This document shows, piece by piece, positions 1 through 13,022 of a stretch of DNA of 64,000 nt; position 1 is the first letter of the stretch; each line of letters begins with the position of its first letter. The DNA is taken from positions 62,001-126,000 of the forward strand of contig NIVC01001762.1 in the NCBI GenBank assembly GCA_002269645.1, in the 5' to 3' direction. Under the pieces are notes generated by a model. That model was not told the DNA's origin. It searched no databases and worked only from the letters and a program-made list of their open reading frames with translations. This stretch comes from Macrostomum lignano. Taxonomy: Eukaryota. Both the position numbers and the translations under genes were made by a program.

Positions 1-3000
1 GCAGCACTGGAAGGAGTCTGACACGTGAGCTGAATTTGCCTGCGGCTGTCAGTCGTTGGCAACTGACAGATTGAGTTTCAAGCTTGAATCCTGGGGAGTC
101 ATCCTGAATCTGCACTGAGAAATCCCTGAACCTGCCCTGAGGAATCGCTCCTGAACCTGTCCTGAGAAATCGCCTCTGAACCTGTCCTGAAAATCGCCCC
201 TGCGTCTGTCCTGAAGAATCGCCCCTGAGCCTGTGCTGAAGAATCGCCCCTGAACCTGTCCTGAGAAATCGCCTCTGAACCTGTCCTGAAGAATCGCCCC
301 TGCGTCTGTCCTGAAGAATCGCCCCTGAGCCTGTGCTGAAGAATCGCCCCTGAACCTGTCCTGAGGAATCGCCCCTGAACCTGTCCTGAGGAATCGCCTC
401 TGCAACTGTCCTGAAAAATCGCCCCTGAGCCTGTCCTGAAGAATCGCCCCTGAACCTGTCCTGAAGAATCGCCCCTGAGCCTGTCTCGAAGAATCGCCCC
501 TGCGTCTGTCCTGAGGAATCGCCCCTGAACCTGTCCTTAAAAATCGCCCCTGAACCTATCCTGAACAATCGCCCCTGAGCCTGTCCTGAAGAATCGCCCC
601 TGGACCTTTCTCGAAGAATCACCCCTGAAACTGTCCTGAAGAATCGCCCCTGAACCTGTCCTGAAGAATCGCCCCTGAGCCTGTCCTGAAGAATCGCCCC
701 TGAGCCTATCTCGAAGAATCGCCCCTGAACCTGTCCTGAAGAATCGCCCCTGAGCCTGTGCTGAGGAATCGCCCTTAATATCTACGAGTACTAGGATCCC
801 AAACCTGAACCCCTTAGAAATCTGACACGCGCTGATAGAAGAGAAAATTGCACTTTGCCAGGTCTTTGCCGCAATCACAATTAGCCAATAATTTTGTTTC
901 ACAAAATCGGATTCACAGCGAACCCATTTTTGCAGCCCTAGTTTTTGTCCCGCTGCCAGCCCTTGAGCTCCCATTTCTGCTCCGTTCGCTCCCCTTTCAC
1001 TGGACCTCTATTTCCCCTAACACTTGTTTGAACTTCTGCCCCACTGCTTCCCATGAGAGTCCCCCGCCCCCTCCCCCATTTTTATTGCCCCTCCTCCTCC
1101 TCGATTCCCATCTGACCCGGTTCCGCCACTGAGCTCACAGCAGCATTCGACTTCAATTTTTTGCTTTTTATATTGTTTAAAAAAGCGCATATTATCTCGT
1201 GTTGCCTACTAGCAGTAGGCTATTAAATATCTGCGTTTGGTTGCCTTTTTTACAGGCGAATTATCAGAAGTAGCAGGAAGGAAGGAAGGAAAGGAAGGAA
1301 AGGAAGGAAGGAAGGAAGGAAGGAAGGAAAGAAAGGAAGGAAGGAAGGAAGGAAGGAAAGAAAGGAAGGAAGGAAGGAAGGAAGGAAGGAAAGAAAGGAA
1401 GGAAGGAAGGAAGAAAGGAAGGAAAGGAAGGAAGGAAGGAAGGAAGGAAGGAAGGAAGGAAGGAAGGAAGGAAAGGAAGGAAGGAAGGAAGGAAGGAAGG
1501 AAAGAAAGGAAGGAAGGAAGGAAGGAAGGAAGGAAGGAAGGAAAGAAAGGAAGGAAGGAAGAAAGGAAGGAAAGGAAGGAAGGAAGGAAGGAAGGAAAGG
1601 AAGGAAGGAAAGAAGGAAGGAAAGAAAGGAAGGAAGGAAGGAAGGAAGGAAGGAAGGAAGGAAGGAAAGAAAGGAAGGAAGAAAGGAAGGAAAGGAAGGA
1701 AAGGAAGGAAGGAAAGAAAGGAAGGAAAGAAAAGAAGGAAGGAAGAAAGGAAGGAACGAAGGAAAGAAAGGAAGGAAGAAAGGAAGGAAAGGAAGAAAGG
1801 AAGGAAGGAAGGAAGGAAGGAAGGAAGGAAAGAAAGGAAGGAAGGAAGGAAGGAAGAAAGGAAGGAAAGGAAGGAAGGAAAGAAAGGAAGGAAGGAAAGA
1901 AAAGAAGGAAGGAAGAAAGGAAGGAAAGGAAGGAAGGAAGGAAGGAAGGAAGGAAGGAAGGAAGGAAAGAAAGGAAGGAAGGAAGGAAGGAAGGAAGGAA
2001 GGAAAGAAAGGAAGGAAGGAAGGAAGAAAGGAAGGAAAGGAAGGAAGGAAAGAAAGGAAGGAAAGAAAAGAAGGAAGGAAGAAAGGAAGGAAAGGAAGGA
2101 AGGAAAGAAGGAAGGAAAGAAAGGAAAGGAAGGAAGGAAGGAAGGAAAGAAAGGAAAGGAAGGAAGGAAGGAAGGAAAGGAAGGAAAGGAATTAAGGAAG
2201 ACAGAAACAGGGAAGGGAAGGGAAGGAAAGGAAGGAAGACAGAAGGCTCTGAATATCTCACAGTTAACCCCGGAATCGAGCCCCCGACGTTTGATTTAGG
2301 TTCTACTGTCAGCAATGTTTCAGACGGGAGAAGCCAGCTGCAATAACTAGATGTGTTTACCTGAACCCGGCAGGTACCAGCGCACGGCCAGCGCGGCCAA
2401 GGGCGCCAAGGAGCGGACCTCAGAGCTCACGCACAGCATGGCTAGCAGCTTCTCGCAGAAATGGTCATCAATGCGCAATTCTAACGCGTTTAAATCGTTC
2501 GAGGAGAAAGTTGGAAATGCCTACACCAATGTGAAGGTGAGTTACTATAGAGACCAAAGCAGCTCTCTGAATTGGCTTTGTTTTGCATCATCAGCTGACT
2601 GCAGCATTTGAAATCCCCGCCTCACCTCCGCTTCCTATTTGCGACAACACCTTAATTGCAGACGCGAACAAAGGTGCAGGTTTGAACTGTTGTGCCATGC
2701 CTATCCAGTGTTGTGCTGCGTCACTATAAGCTTTCAATGTTAGAGCAGGTTTATCTAAGATGTCATGGCTCGTGGGGGATTGCTAAGATGTCACGGCTCG
2801 TGGGGGGAATTGCTAAGATGTCACGGCTCGTGGGGGGATTGCTAAGATGTCACGGCTCGTGGGGGGATTGCTAAGATGTCACGGCTCGTGGGGGGATTGC
2901 TAAGATGTCACGGCTCGTGGGGGATTGCTAAGATGTCACGGCTCGTGGGGGGATTGCTAAGATGTCACGGCTCGTGGGGGGAATTGCTAAGATGTCATGG

Positions 3001-5652
3001 CTCGTCGGGAGGGGGATTGCTAAGATGTCACGGCTCGTGGGGATTGCTAAGATGTCACGGCTCGTGGGGGATTGCTAAGATGTCACGGCTCGTGGGGAGG
3101 GGTTGCGAAGATGTCATGGCTCGTCGGGGGGGGGTTGCTAAGATGTCACGGCTCGTGGGGGGTTGCTAAGATGTCACGGCTCGGGGGGGGGATTGCTAAG
3201 ATGTCACGGCTCGGGGGGGGGGAATTACTAAGATGTCACGGCTCGTGGGGGGAATTGCTAAGATGTCATGGCTCGTGGGGGAATTGCTAAGATGTCACGG
3301 CTCGTGGGGGGGGAATTGCTAAGATGTCATGGCTCGTGGGGGAATTGCTAAGATGTCACGGCTCGTGGGGGGGGGAATTGCTAAGATGTCACGGCTCTGG
3401 GGGTGGGAATTACTAAGATGTCACGGCTCATGGGGAATTACTAAGATGTCACGGCTCGTGGGGAGGGAATTACTAAGATGTCACGGCTCATGGGGGAATT
3501 ACTAAGATGTCACGGCTCATGGGGGAATTACTAAGATGTCACGGCTCGTGGGGAGGGAATTACTAAGATGTCACGGCTCATGGGGGAATTACTAAGATGT
3601 CACGGCTCATGGGGAATTACTAAGATGTCATGGCTCGTGGGGAGGGAATTACTAAGATGTCACGGCTCGTGGGGGAATTACTAAGATGTCACGGCTCGTG
3701 GGGGAATTACTAAGATGTCACGGCTCGTGGGGGAATTACTAAGATGTCACGGCTCATGTGGGAAATCGCTGGGTTGCACAGATGCTTTGTTCCAAAGCTC
3801 ATAGGGATCAGATATCTTAGGCTTCCAGGTTGGATGCTTTTTGCTTTAAACATCATTAAAGTGAATTGCATAAATTGAGGCTGCGATCTGAGAAAATTTG
3901 AGCAGTGAGCACTGTTTTAGAGATGGAAACTTTTAAATTTTCAAGAGTTTTATACTTATTAGTTTCATAGAGCCTTCAGTGTTGTCTTACCTATTGTTAC
4001 TCATTATTTACTCTGATTCCTTCCTGTCTGGCACGATTAACTGCACTGAGCTTGCTTTAGCAACCTTTTTATACTTTAATTGAATTTTTAATTGCTTAAT
4101 TGTTCGTCTTTTCTTGGACAGCTCATGAGCCCACTCGTTGGCTGTGCTGGTTGGGGGCAGGCAATGTACATTCTAGTGTACACTTCCTAAATAGAATTCT
4201 GCCTCTCGTCCCCCCTCCTAGCCAATCAGCGATCGATATTGGATAAAGAGAGTTCTATATACTGTATATATAAGCAACCTGTGCAGCCTTATATCTAGTC
4301 TGGTCTGACTATAATATAGATTTCAATATAATACATTTCTGCCGCGCTGACTCATGGCTGAGCATGACAATGATGAAGAAGATCTATTCGCCTACCTGTC
4401 CGTGGAGAGTCTGCGCCAGTTCCAGCCTTCTTCTTCTTCATTATTGACAACTCCGGATGCGGCAGTTGACGGCTCGGCCTCAGTGCGCGGCTTCCACCTG
4501 GCCCTGCTGGACCATTGCGCCAGCCTGCGCCAGCTGCCGCCGCCCGCCGACCCGGCGCTGCTCTCCGTGCTCTCCTGGTTCGCCGAGTCGCCCGCCTTCG
4601 TCCGCCTGCTCGGCCGCCTGTCCAGGGCGCTTCGCTTCCGCCAGCTGGCCCGCCTGTGCCGCCAGCTCGAGTCCGTGGCGCCGCTTAGCTCCGACGCCGC
4701 CGCCATCGCCGTCCGCCTCGTCGACACCCGCCTGCCGGTCGTCAGGGCCCGTCTGCTGCGCCAGCTGCTGACTGGAGCCGATCCGCGCCGTCTGGCGCTT
4801 AGTCTGGCGCGTTGCCGATTCCTACTGCGCCGCGCCAGTCAGCCCGCACAGCGGCGCCTCCTGCTGCCCCACTGCCGCTTGCCCGACACCGGCGCCGGCG
4901 CTGCGGCCGAGGCTGTCTGGCGCGACTGCCTCCTGCGGCGCCTGCTGGCCGCCTCGCTGCTGCCGAAGCCGGGCGAGTCGCCGGCAGCCGCCTGCCAGCC
5001 CCGCCTGGCCGCTCGCTGCCTCCTGCAGGCCGGGGGGCCGTCGGCTCCAGCTGCCTGCGTGGCCGGCTGCCTGCGGCTCCTGGCCCGCTCCGATCGACTT
5101 GACGCCACCGTCCACTGCCGCCTGCGCCTTCTGGCCGAGCTGACCGTCGTCCAGCCCGCTCTGTTGGCCAGCGCGGCTGACCGCTTGACTGTCCGGGACA
5201 GACGGCGCCTTCGCTGCCAACTGGCCGAGCTCCTGCCCGCTGCAGGCACCGCTGCTCCGATGCTCCACCTGCTGGCCCGCCTGGCCTGCCGACCCTCGGC
5301 CGTCTGGCTGGCCGAGCGGCTTGGCTCCGCACGCCGGCTGCTCGGCCAGCTGCTAGCTGGACGGCCACTGTCCGAGGACGCCGATCTGGCCGACCGGCTG
5401 GCCGACGTTGCCCGCAGGCGACTTCGGCGACGCTGCTTTGACCCGGTGCTGACTGAGCTCGATGAACTGGACGATGGCGGAGGCGGGGCAGCTGTCGCTC
5501 TGGCGCGGCGCTGCGTTGCCGACCTGCTTGCGGCGCTGGCCGCTGGTGACACCGCCTGGCTGGCCGAGTGGGGCCTCGGCTGCCTGCACCGCACCGCCTG
5601 GCTACTGGGCCTCTGACAGACGGCTGGGGTTTTTACTGTGTCTGTCTGTCTG

Positions 5653-5733
<81 letters not shown>

Positions 5734-5744
5734 CTCTGTCTCTG

Positions 5745-5797
<53 letters not shown>

Positions 5798-5800
5798 TAG

Positions 5801-5833
<33 letters not shown>

Positions 5834-5926
5834 TAGTGTCTGTCTGTCTGTCTGTCTGATGTCTGTGTGTCTGTCTGATGTCTGTGTGTCTGTCTGTCTC
5901 TGTGTCTGTCTGTGTGTCTGTCTGTG

Positions 5927-5995
<69 letters not shown>

Positions 5996-6229
5996 TAGTG
6001 TCTGTCTATTTTAGTGTCTGTCTGTCTGTCTGTCTGTCTGTCTTAGTGTCTGTCTATTTTAGTGTCTGTCTGTCTGTCTGTCTGATGTCTGTGTGTCTGT
6101 CTGATGTCTGTGTGTCTGTCTGTCTCTGTGTCTGTCTGTCTGTCTGTCTGTGTGTCTGTCTGTGTGTCTGTCTGTCTGTCTGTCTGTGTGTCTGTCTGTG
6201 TGTCTGTCTGTCTGTCTGTATGTCTGTCC

Positions 6230-6297
<68 letters not shown>

Positions 6298-6304
6298 GTC
6301 TCTG

Positions 6305-6381
<77 letters not shown>

Positions 6382-6474
6382 TAGTGTCTGTCTGTCTGTC
6401 TGTCTGTCTGATGTCTGTGTGTCTGTCTGATGTCTGTGTGTCTCTCTGTCTCTGTGTCTGTCTGTCTGTCTGTG

Positions 6475-6507
<33 letters not shown>

Positions 6508-6510
6508 TAG

Positions 6511-6543
<33 letters not shown>

Positions 6544-6636
6544 TAGTGTCTGTCTGTCTGTCTGTCTGATGTCTGTGTGTCTGTCTGATGTCTGTGTGTC
6601 TGTCTGTCTCTGTGTCTGTCTGTGTGTCTGTCTGTG

Positions 6637-6705
<69 letters not shown>

Positions 6706-6724
6706 TAGTGTCTGTCTATTTTAG

Positions 6725-6757
<33 letters not shown>

Positions 6758-6943
6758 TAGTGTCTGTCTATTTTAGTGTCTGTCTGTCTGTCTGTCTGAT
6801 GTCTGTGTGTCTGTCTGATGTCTGTGTGTCTGTCTGTCTCTGTGTCTGTCTGTCTGTCTGTCTGTGTGTCTGTCTGTGTGTCTGTCTGTCTGTCTGTCTG
6901 TGTGTCTGTCTGTGTGTCTGTCTGTCTGTCTGTATGTCTGTCC

Positions 6944-7011
<68 letters not shown>

Positions 7012-7018
7012 GTCTCTG

Positions 7019-7095
<77 letters not shown>

Positions 7096-8114
7096 TAGTG
7101 TCTGTCTGTCTGTCTGTCTGTCTGATGTCTGTGTGTCTGTCTGATGTCTGTGTGTCTCTCTGTCTCTGTGTCTGTCTGTCTGTCTGTGTGTCTGTCTGTG
7201 TGTCTGTCTGTCTGTCTGTCTCTCTGTCTCTGTGTCTGCTGCAGGGCTGTCCCGGAGGGGACACAGCGGGTAGGCGCGGGCGCCCATTCCGCTATCTCTG
7301 TCTCTGTGTCTGTCTGTCTGTCTGTCTGCCCATCGGTTTTTTAAATAACAGTTTTATCCATATTTAGCAATCAATAGCTTGTCTTTGAAAATCAGAGTCG
7401 CTTATTCTTTGCCTCTGCAGTACTTGCTGTTTTAGCTTTCTTAGTTAATAATAATCAGTTTTAATTATAATTTTTGCATGCCAGCTGCTTGCATGGGCGG
7501 CCGAGAGCGCGCCGGGGTTTCCAGCTTTCTGAATGCCTTTTCCTTTGTAGTTTCATAATTTCAAATTTATTGCTAATTATTTTTATTGCATAGCAGTTGC
7601 AGGAGTAAAATGCAATGTGCCTGTCAAAGACAAAGCACCAGCGCACATGCCTCTCCTAGCTGTTCCCCCTTCATGCAATTTCGCATGCCATAGCAACCAT
7701 TGAATCAGCCAGTCCTGGCAACTACTTTAGCAACCACTCTAGCCAGCGCTACCCACAGCACCCAGTTTAACCACTTTGAGCCCAGTTGCCATGGCAACCA
7801 GTCTTGGCAACCGCTATAATCCCTAAAGCTACCATCCCAATCCAACAATTCCAAGCTTGTTGCCATGGCAACCATCGCTAGCAACCGCTGCAATTCCTAT
7901 AGCTACCATCCCAAGCCAATAATTCCAAGCTTGTTGCCATAGCAACCAGCATTCGTTCCGCCCCAACCGCGCCCCACCGCAGGACCGAATCGCGGGCAGC
8001 AAGTCGGCGCAGAACTTCGACGAGGCGCTGTCCGAGGAGCAGCAGCGGATGCGTCGCCTCGAAGAGGAGGGCGAGGGCGACACCGCCGCCGCCACGGGTA
8101 CCCCGATCTCTTGA
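1..8114 (+). CDS. TPD52: Tumor protein D52 family gene, 3' part; exons <1-24, 2374-2536, 7983-8114
   Basis: Spliced peptide [17 protein letters not shown]...[38 protein letters not shown]...PIS*. [14 protein letters not shown] is the D52 motif. Donors GTGAGC (25) and GTGAGT (2537), CAG acceptors, phases 2 and 0 are consistent. Confidence 0.88.
95..760. repeat. 25-bp minisatellite GAATCGCCCCTGAACCTGTCCTGAA (TPD52 intron)
   Basis: Tandem units read directly. Confidence 0.95.
1255..2240. repeat. (GGAA)n microsatellite
   Basis: Direct reading; explains the 368/369-aa low-complexity ORFs. Confidence 0.97.
2752..3760. repeat. ~30-bp minisatellite GCTAAGATGTCACGGCTCGTG(G)nAATT
   Basis: Tandem units with variable G tract. 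Confidence 0.95.
4354..5616 (+). CDS. Intronless 420-aa Leu/Ala/Arg-rich orphan protein nested in the last TPD52 intron
   Basis: ATG-to-TGA non-repetitive ORF with the same GC-rich codon style as real exons in this window; in-frame TGA just upstream of the ATG; no family recognised. Confidence 0.7.
   Translation: MAEHDNDEEDLFAYLSVESLRQFQPSSSSLLTTPDAAVDGSASVRGFHLALLDHCASLRQLPPPADPALLSVLSWFAESPAFVRLLGRLSRALRFRQLARLCRQLESVAPLSSDAAAIAVRLVDTRLPVVRARLLRQLLTGADPRRLALSLARCRFLLRRASQPAQRRLLLPHCRLPDTGAGAAAEAVWRDCLLRRLLAASLLPKPGESPAAACQPRLAARCLLQAGGPSAPAACVAGCLRLLARSDRLDATVHCRLRLLAELTVVQPALLASAADRLTVRDRRRLRCQLAELLPAAGTAAPMLHLLARLACRPSAVWLAERLGSARRLLGQLLAGRPLSEDADLADRLADVARRRLRRRCFDPVLTELDELDDGGGGAAVALARRCVADLLAALAAGDTAWLAEWGLGCLHRTAWLLGL
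5637..7330. repeat. (GTCT)n microsatellite with ~710-714-bp higher-order duplication
   Basis: Identical 108-aa ORFs at 6104 and 6818 give an offset of 714. Confidence 0.95.
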
Positions 8115-8143
8115 AGCCACATCCATTCGGTTGTCATGGCAAC
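7685..8143. promoter_or_regulatory. Cluster of RFX X-box palindromes
   Basis: GTTGCCATGGCAAC (7785, 7859), GTTGCCATAGCAAC (7933), GTTGTCATGGCAAC (8130) and a partial site at about 7685. Function not shown. Confidence 0.45.
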
Positions 8144-8379
8144 CCACCTAGACGGACAGCATAGATGGAAATTGAAAAGCAAACAGAATTAACTTTAGCC
8201 CCTGTCTGTCTTGTTGTCAAAGCACTAAGTGTGGTTCTGTTCATGCATAGATTCCAAATTGTGTTCATTCACTTTTTTGTTTTTTTTTGTATTTTATGCT
8301 GAATCATATGCGTTATTTTTGGTTCATTGCGCTTACAATATTCAATACACCAGTTTACTCTGTTGTGCACTCTTGGCAT

Positions 8380-9970
8380 AGTATCTCAGTGTCTCTGGCC
8401 CACTTCTCACTTGTGTGTCTCAGTGTCTCTGGCCCACTTCTCACTTGTGTGTCTCAGTGTCTCTGGCCCACTTCTCACCTGTGTGTCTCAGTGCCCGATG
8501 CCCACTTCTCACCTGTGTGTTTCAGTGCCAGATGCCCACTTCTCACCTGTGTGTCTCAGTGCCTCTGGCCCACTTCTCACCTGTGTGTCTCAGTGCCTCT
8601 GGCCCACTTCTCACCTGTGTGTCTCAGTGCCAGATGCCCACTTCTCACCCGTGTGTCTCAGTGTCTCTGGCCCACTTCTCACCTGTGTGTCTCAGTGCCT
8701 CTGGCCCACTTCTCACCTGTGTGTCTCAGTGCCTCTGGCCCACTTCTCACCTGTGTGTCTCAGTGCCAGATGCCCACTTCTCACCCGTGTGTCTCAGTGC
8801 CTCTGGCCCACTTCTCACTTGTGTGTCTCAGTGTCTCTGGCCCACTTCTCACTTGTGTGTCTCAGTGCCTCTGGCCCACTTCTCACCTGTGTGTCTCAGT
8901 GCCCGATGCCCACTTCTCACCTGTGTGTCTCAGTGCCCGATGCCCACTTCTCACCTGTGTGTCTCAGTGCCCGATGCCCACTTCTCACCTGTGTGTCTCA
9001 GTGCCCGATGCCCACTTCTCACCTGTGTGTCTCAGTGCCAGATGCCCACTTCTCACCCGTGTGTCTCAGTGTCTCTGGCCCACTTCTCACCTGTGTGTCT
9101 CAGTGCCTCTGGCCCACTTCTCACCTGTGTGTCTCAGTGCCTCTGGCCCACTTCTCACCCGTGTGTCTCAGTGCCTCTGGCCCACTTCTCACCTGTGTGT
9201 CTCAGTGCCAGATGCCCACTTCTCACCCGTGTGTCTCAGTGCCTCTGGCCCACTTCTCACCTGTGTGTCTCAGTGCCAGATGCCCACTTCTCACCTGTGT
9301 GTCTCAGTGCCCGATGCCCACTTCTCACCTGTGTGTCTCAGTGCCCGATGCCCACTTCTCACCTGTGTGTCTCAGTGCCCGATGCCCACTTCTCACCTGT
9401 GTGTCTCAGTGCCCGATGCCCACTTCTCACCTGTGTGTCTCAGTGCCCGATGCCCACTTCTCACCTGTGTGTCTCAGTGCCCGATGCCCACTTCTCACCT
9501 GTGTGTCTCAGTGCCCGATGCCCACTTCTCACCTGTGTGTCTCAGTGCCCGATGCCCACTTCTCACCTGTGTGTCTCAGTGCCCGATGCCCACTTCTCAC
9601 CTGTGTGTCTCAGTGCCTCTGGCCCACTTCTCACTTGTGTGTCTCAGTGTCTCTGGCCCACTTCTCACTTGTGTGTCTCAGTGTCTCTGGCCCACTTCTC
9701 ACCTGTGTGTCTCAGTGTCTCTGGCCCACTTCTCACCTGTGTGTCTCAGTGTCTCTGGCCCACTTCTCACTTGTGTGTCTCAGTGTCTCTGGCCCACTTC
9801 TCACCTGTGTGTCTCAGTGCCCGATGCCCACTTCTCACCTGTGTCTCAGTGCCAGATGCCCACTTCTCACCTGTGTGTCTCAGTGCCAGATGCCCACTTC
9901 TCACCTGTGTGTCTCAGTGCCAGATGCCCACTTCTCACCTGTGTGTCTCAGTGCCCGAGGTCCACTTCTC
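8380..9970. repeat. 34-bp minisatellite CCCACTTCTCACCTGTGTGTCTCAGTGCCTCTGG
   Basis: 34-nt period; no unique spacers. Confidence 0.97.
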
Positions 9971-11309
9971 ACAGCTGTGTTCAAGTTCGAAACCCAATGA
10001 AATTCAAGATGAAGAAAAACGATGTATTAATTAAATAACAAAGGCAAATAAAGTTGTTTGGATTTGCTGTGTCTCACGCAGATTTTAAGCACTTTTTTGC
10101 ATCCATTGCTGATGACGTATGCTATAATTATAGTTTTCTGCATTACATAGCCGCTATGATAACTCCGAATTTGTAATTCCATGCATATAGTGCTGTCTGT
10201 TTGTCAGTGGTTTCATCGATTTGCACTTATGTTAATTTTACTATTACTGTTACTAATAATATTATTATTATTACTATTAGTTTGTGTTATAATTGCTATT
10301 TTGGTTGCGAGGTGATAGCTCGTAAAACTTTCAGTTTCATGCTTAGCCTGTCCTGATTAGTGACATGTCTGTTTACTGTCTGTTTCACGGTCTGTTTAAA
10401 CTGTTGTTTCTTTCTGTTGTTGTCTCGCTGTTTCTACCCTCCGCTGCGTGATTGGCACAGAAACTATGAAATATTATTATTATTATTATTATTTTATTGC
10501 TGATTCAGTTTCGTCTGTGATGTCCGGACTCCTACTAATAGTAGTACTGTACCATTTCGCACCGAGTCTATATTATTATACAATTGTTTTTTTTTTCATT
10601 TCGTTGAAAGTGCCCATTATAGCCTGTTGACTACAATATAATGAGTATTTTGTGATGTGCGTGTCTGGTTGTCTGTTATCAGGATTAATTTTAATAATGC
10701 CAATTGTCTTTGGCATTCTGTTTAACTAACACGCGACTGAGTTGCGAAAATTCGACTTTCTCAATGTAATTGATGAAGCCGAATCGGTCACTATGGCAAC
10801 AGGAATTAAAGTACACAATAGCATAGGGGCTACTTTATCCCAGTCGGCACTGTCTGTACAGTCAATACTTTTTAAATATTTGTCCTTGGCAACAAAGTCC
10901 ATTTCTGGGAATAAAAAGTTGCGATTTTTTGGTTCAGGGGTTTGACGGTCCTCGGCCTCGCGACTGTGCTCAAAATGGCCTCAGCTGTTAGGAAGCTTCG
11001 AGTTTTGAGCAGTCCTTGAGCTGTCGATGAGTGCTGAGCGATGAGGGATGAGAGTCTGTACTGTCCCCCAGCACAGAGTCTGCCGCCACGGCCAGGGATT
11101 TGGGCCGCCTCTGGTCGCTTGCTACCGCCGACTCGGCCGAGATTGAGCCCGGGATTTGCCCGGCCGATGGGATCTGAAGCTCAGAGCTGCTGTAGCTGCG
11201 AGTTTGAGGACACGGGGTTTAGTGGTACATGCAGCGTTACTGGGGCGTGGCAGTGGGATTAACTGATGCATGCTGCGATACCAAATTATGATTGGGGCAT
11301 TGAAGACTG

Positions 11310-12400
11310 GGAGATAAGGATAGAGAGCTGAGAGATGGGGGATAGAGAACTCGGAGATGGGGGGTAGAGAACTGAGAGATGGGGGATAGAGAACTGGGAG
11401 ATGGAGGGATAGAGAGCTGAGAGATGGGGGATAGAGAACTGGGAGATGGGGGATAGAGAACTGGGAGATGGGGGGATAGAGAACTCGGAGATGGGGGATA
11501 GAGAACTGGGAGATGGGGGGATAGAGAACTCGGAGATGGGGGATAGAGAACTGGGAGATGGGGGATAGAGAACTCGGAGATGGGGGATAGAGAACTGAGA
11601 GATGGGGGGATAGAGAACTGAGAGATGGGGGATAGAGAACTGGGAGATGGGGGGATAGAGAACTCGGAGATGGGGGATAGAGAACTGGGAGATGGGGGAT
11701 AGAGAACTGGGAGATGGGGGATAGAGAACTGAGAGATGGGGATAGAGAACTGAGAGATGGGGGGATAGAGAGCTGAGAGATGGGGGATAGAGAACTGGGA
11801 GATGGGGGATAGAGAACTGAGAGATGGGGGATAGGTATCAACCTTGGAGATGGGACAGAGAGCTGGGAGATGGGGGATAGAGAACTGGGAGATGGGGGAT
11901 AGAGAACTGAGAGATGGGGGGATAGAGAACTGGGAGATGGGGGATAGAGAACTGAGAGATGGGGGATAGAGAACTGAGAGATGGGGGATAGGTATCAACC
12001 TTGGAGATGGGACAGAGAGCTGGGAGATGGGGGATAGAGAACTGGGAGATGGGGGGATAGAGAACTGAGAGATGGGGGATAGAGAACTGAGAGATGGGGG
12101 ATAGAGAACTGAGAGATGGGGGATAGAGAACTGAGAGATGGGGGATAGAGAACTGAGAGATGGGGGATAGGTATCAACCTTGGAGATGAGACAGAAAGCT
12201 GGGAGATGGGGGATAGAGAACTGAGAGAGGTTGGGGGATAGAGAACTGAGAGATGGGGGATAGGTATCAACCTTGGAGATGGGACAGAGAGCTGGGAGAT
12301 GGGGGATAGAGAACTGGGACATGGGGGATAGAGAACTGGGAGATGCGGGATAGAAAGCTGAGAGATGGGGATAGAAAACTGGGAGATGCGGGATAGAGAG
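11310..12400. repeat. 22-23-bp minisatellite GAGAACTGGGAGATGGGGGATA
   Basis: Direct reading. Confidence 0.95.
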
Positions 12401-13022
12401 AGCATACAGAAAGCTGGGGTGGCCGGTGAAGATTGTTGCTGCAGGGAAGGCAGAAACTGCTTGTTAATTCTAAGCCGAATTCAGCCCTCATAATTCATAA
12501 AAATGCCACCCGTAGCGAAGTGGGGTGTCTGTATTTTGCTTTCGAAACAAATGCTCGGGACGAGCGGAGCCGGTCCAAGAATATTCAGACCAAAGAGATT
12601 TTTCAAGGCCGTGATCGCAGCTGCCTTTAAATGATGATGTATGACATAAAAATGCTGCAGGCCGCCATCGGTTGCATGGCAAAGCTTTGCTAAATACACT
12701 TCGATGCGGTGTGCGATCGGCGTTGGGTTGCCTCGGCCGTTAATCATAGCATGAAGGCTTTGATCTAATTTGATCTGCTGTAACTTTGAATATTTGCAGT
12801 CATGCGATTGCATCAGCTGGGCTGACTCTGCTTTAACCCGCCATTCGGCTGAGCCTCCTGCATCCCCTGGCCCACACTGCATCTAATTTCCCGAACTTTT
12901 TATGGCTATATTGTGTGTATTCCACTTCACTCCAGCTATCGGCTTTGCTGCTTTATAGAATTGCCTTTCCCCTGCTCTCTCACCCGCTTCCTCACCCGCT
13001 TCCTCACCCGCTCCAAAAAGTC

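Noticed and set aside
1209-2346. Long low-complexity ORFs (also 8287-10038, 14071-15368, 28295-29336, 31542-33545, 38839-39717, 46687-48111, 61565-62404)
   Set aside because: Stop-free translations of tandem repeats, mostly inside introns of well-supported genes.
7245-7270. Possible 25-nt micro-exon CAG|...|GTAGGC in the TPD52 intron
   Set aside because: It would frameshift the phase-0 path and has no peptide support.
8380-9970. 34-bp repeat (and the 60-bp repeat at 22773) as a CRISPR array
   Set aside because: Units are contiguous with no unique spacers, there are no cas genes, and the context is eukaryotic.
12481-12882. 133-aa minus ORF
   Set aside because: No motif, purine-rich upstream acceptor context, and it lies in the probable intron of the small TM gene.
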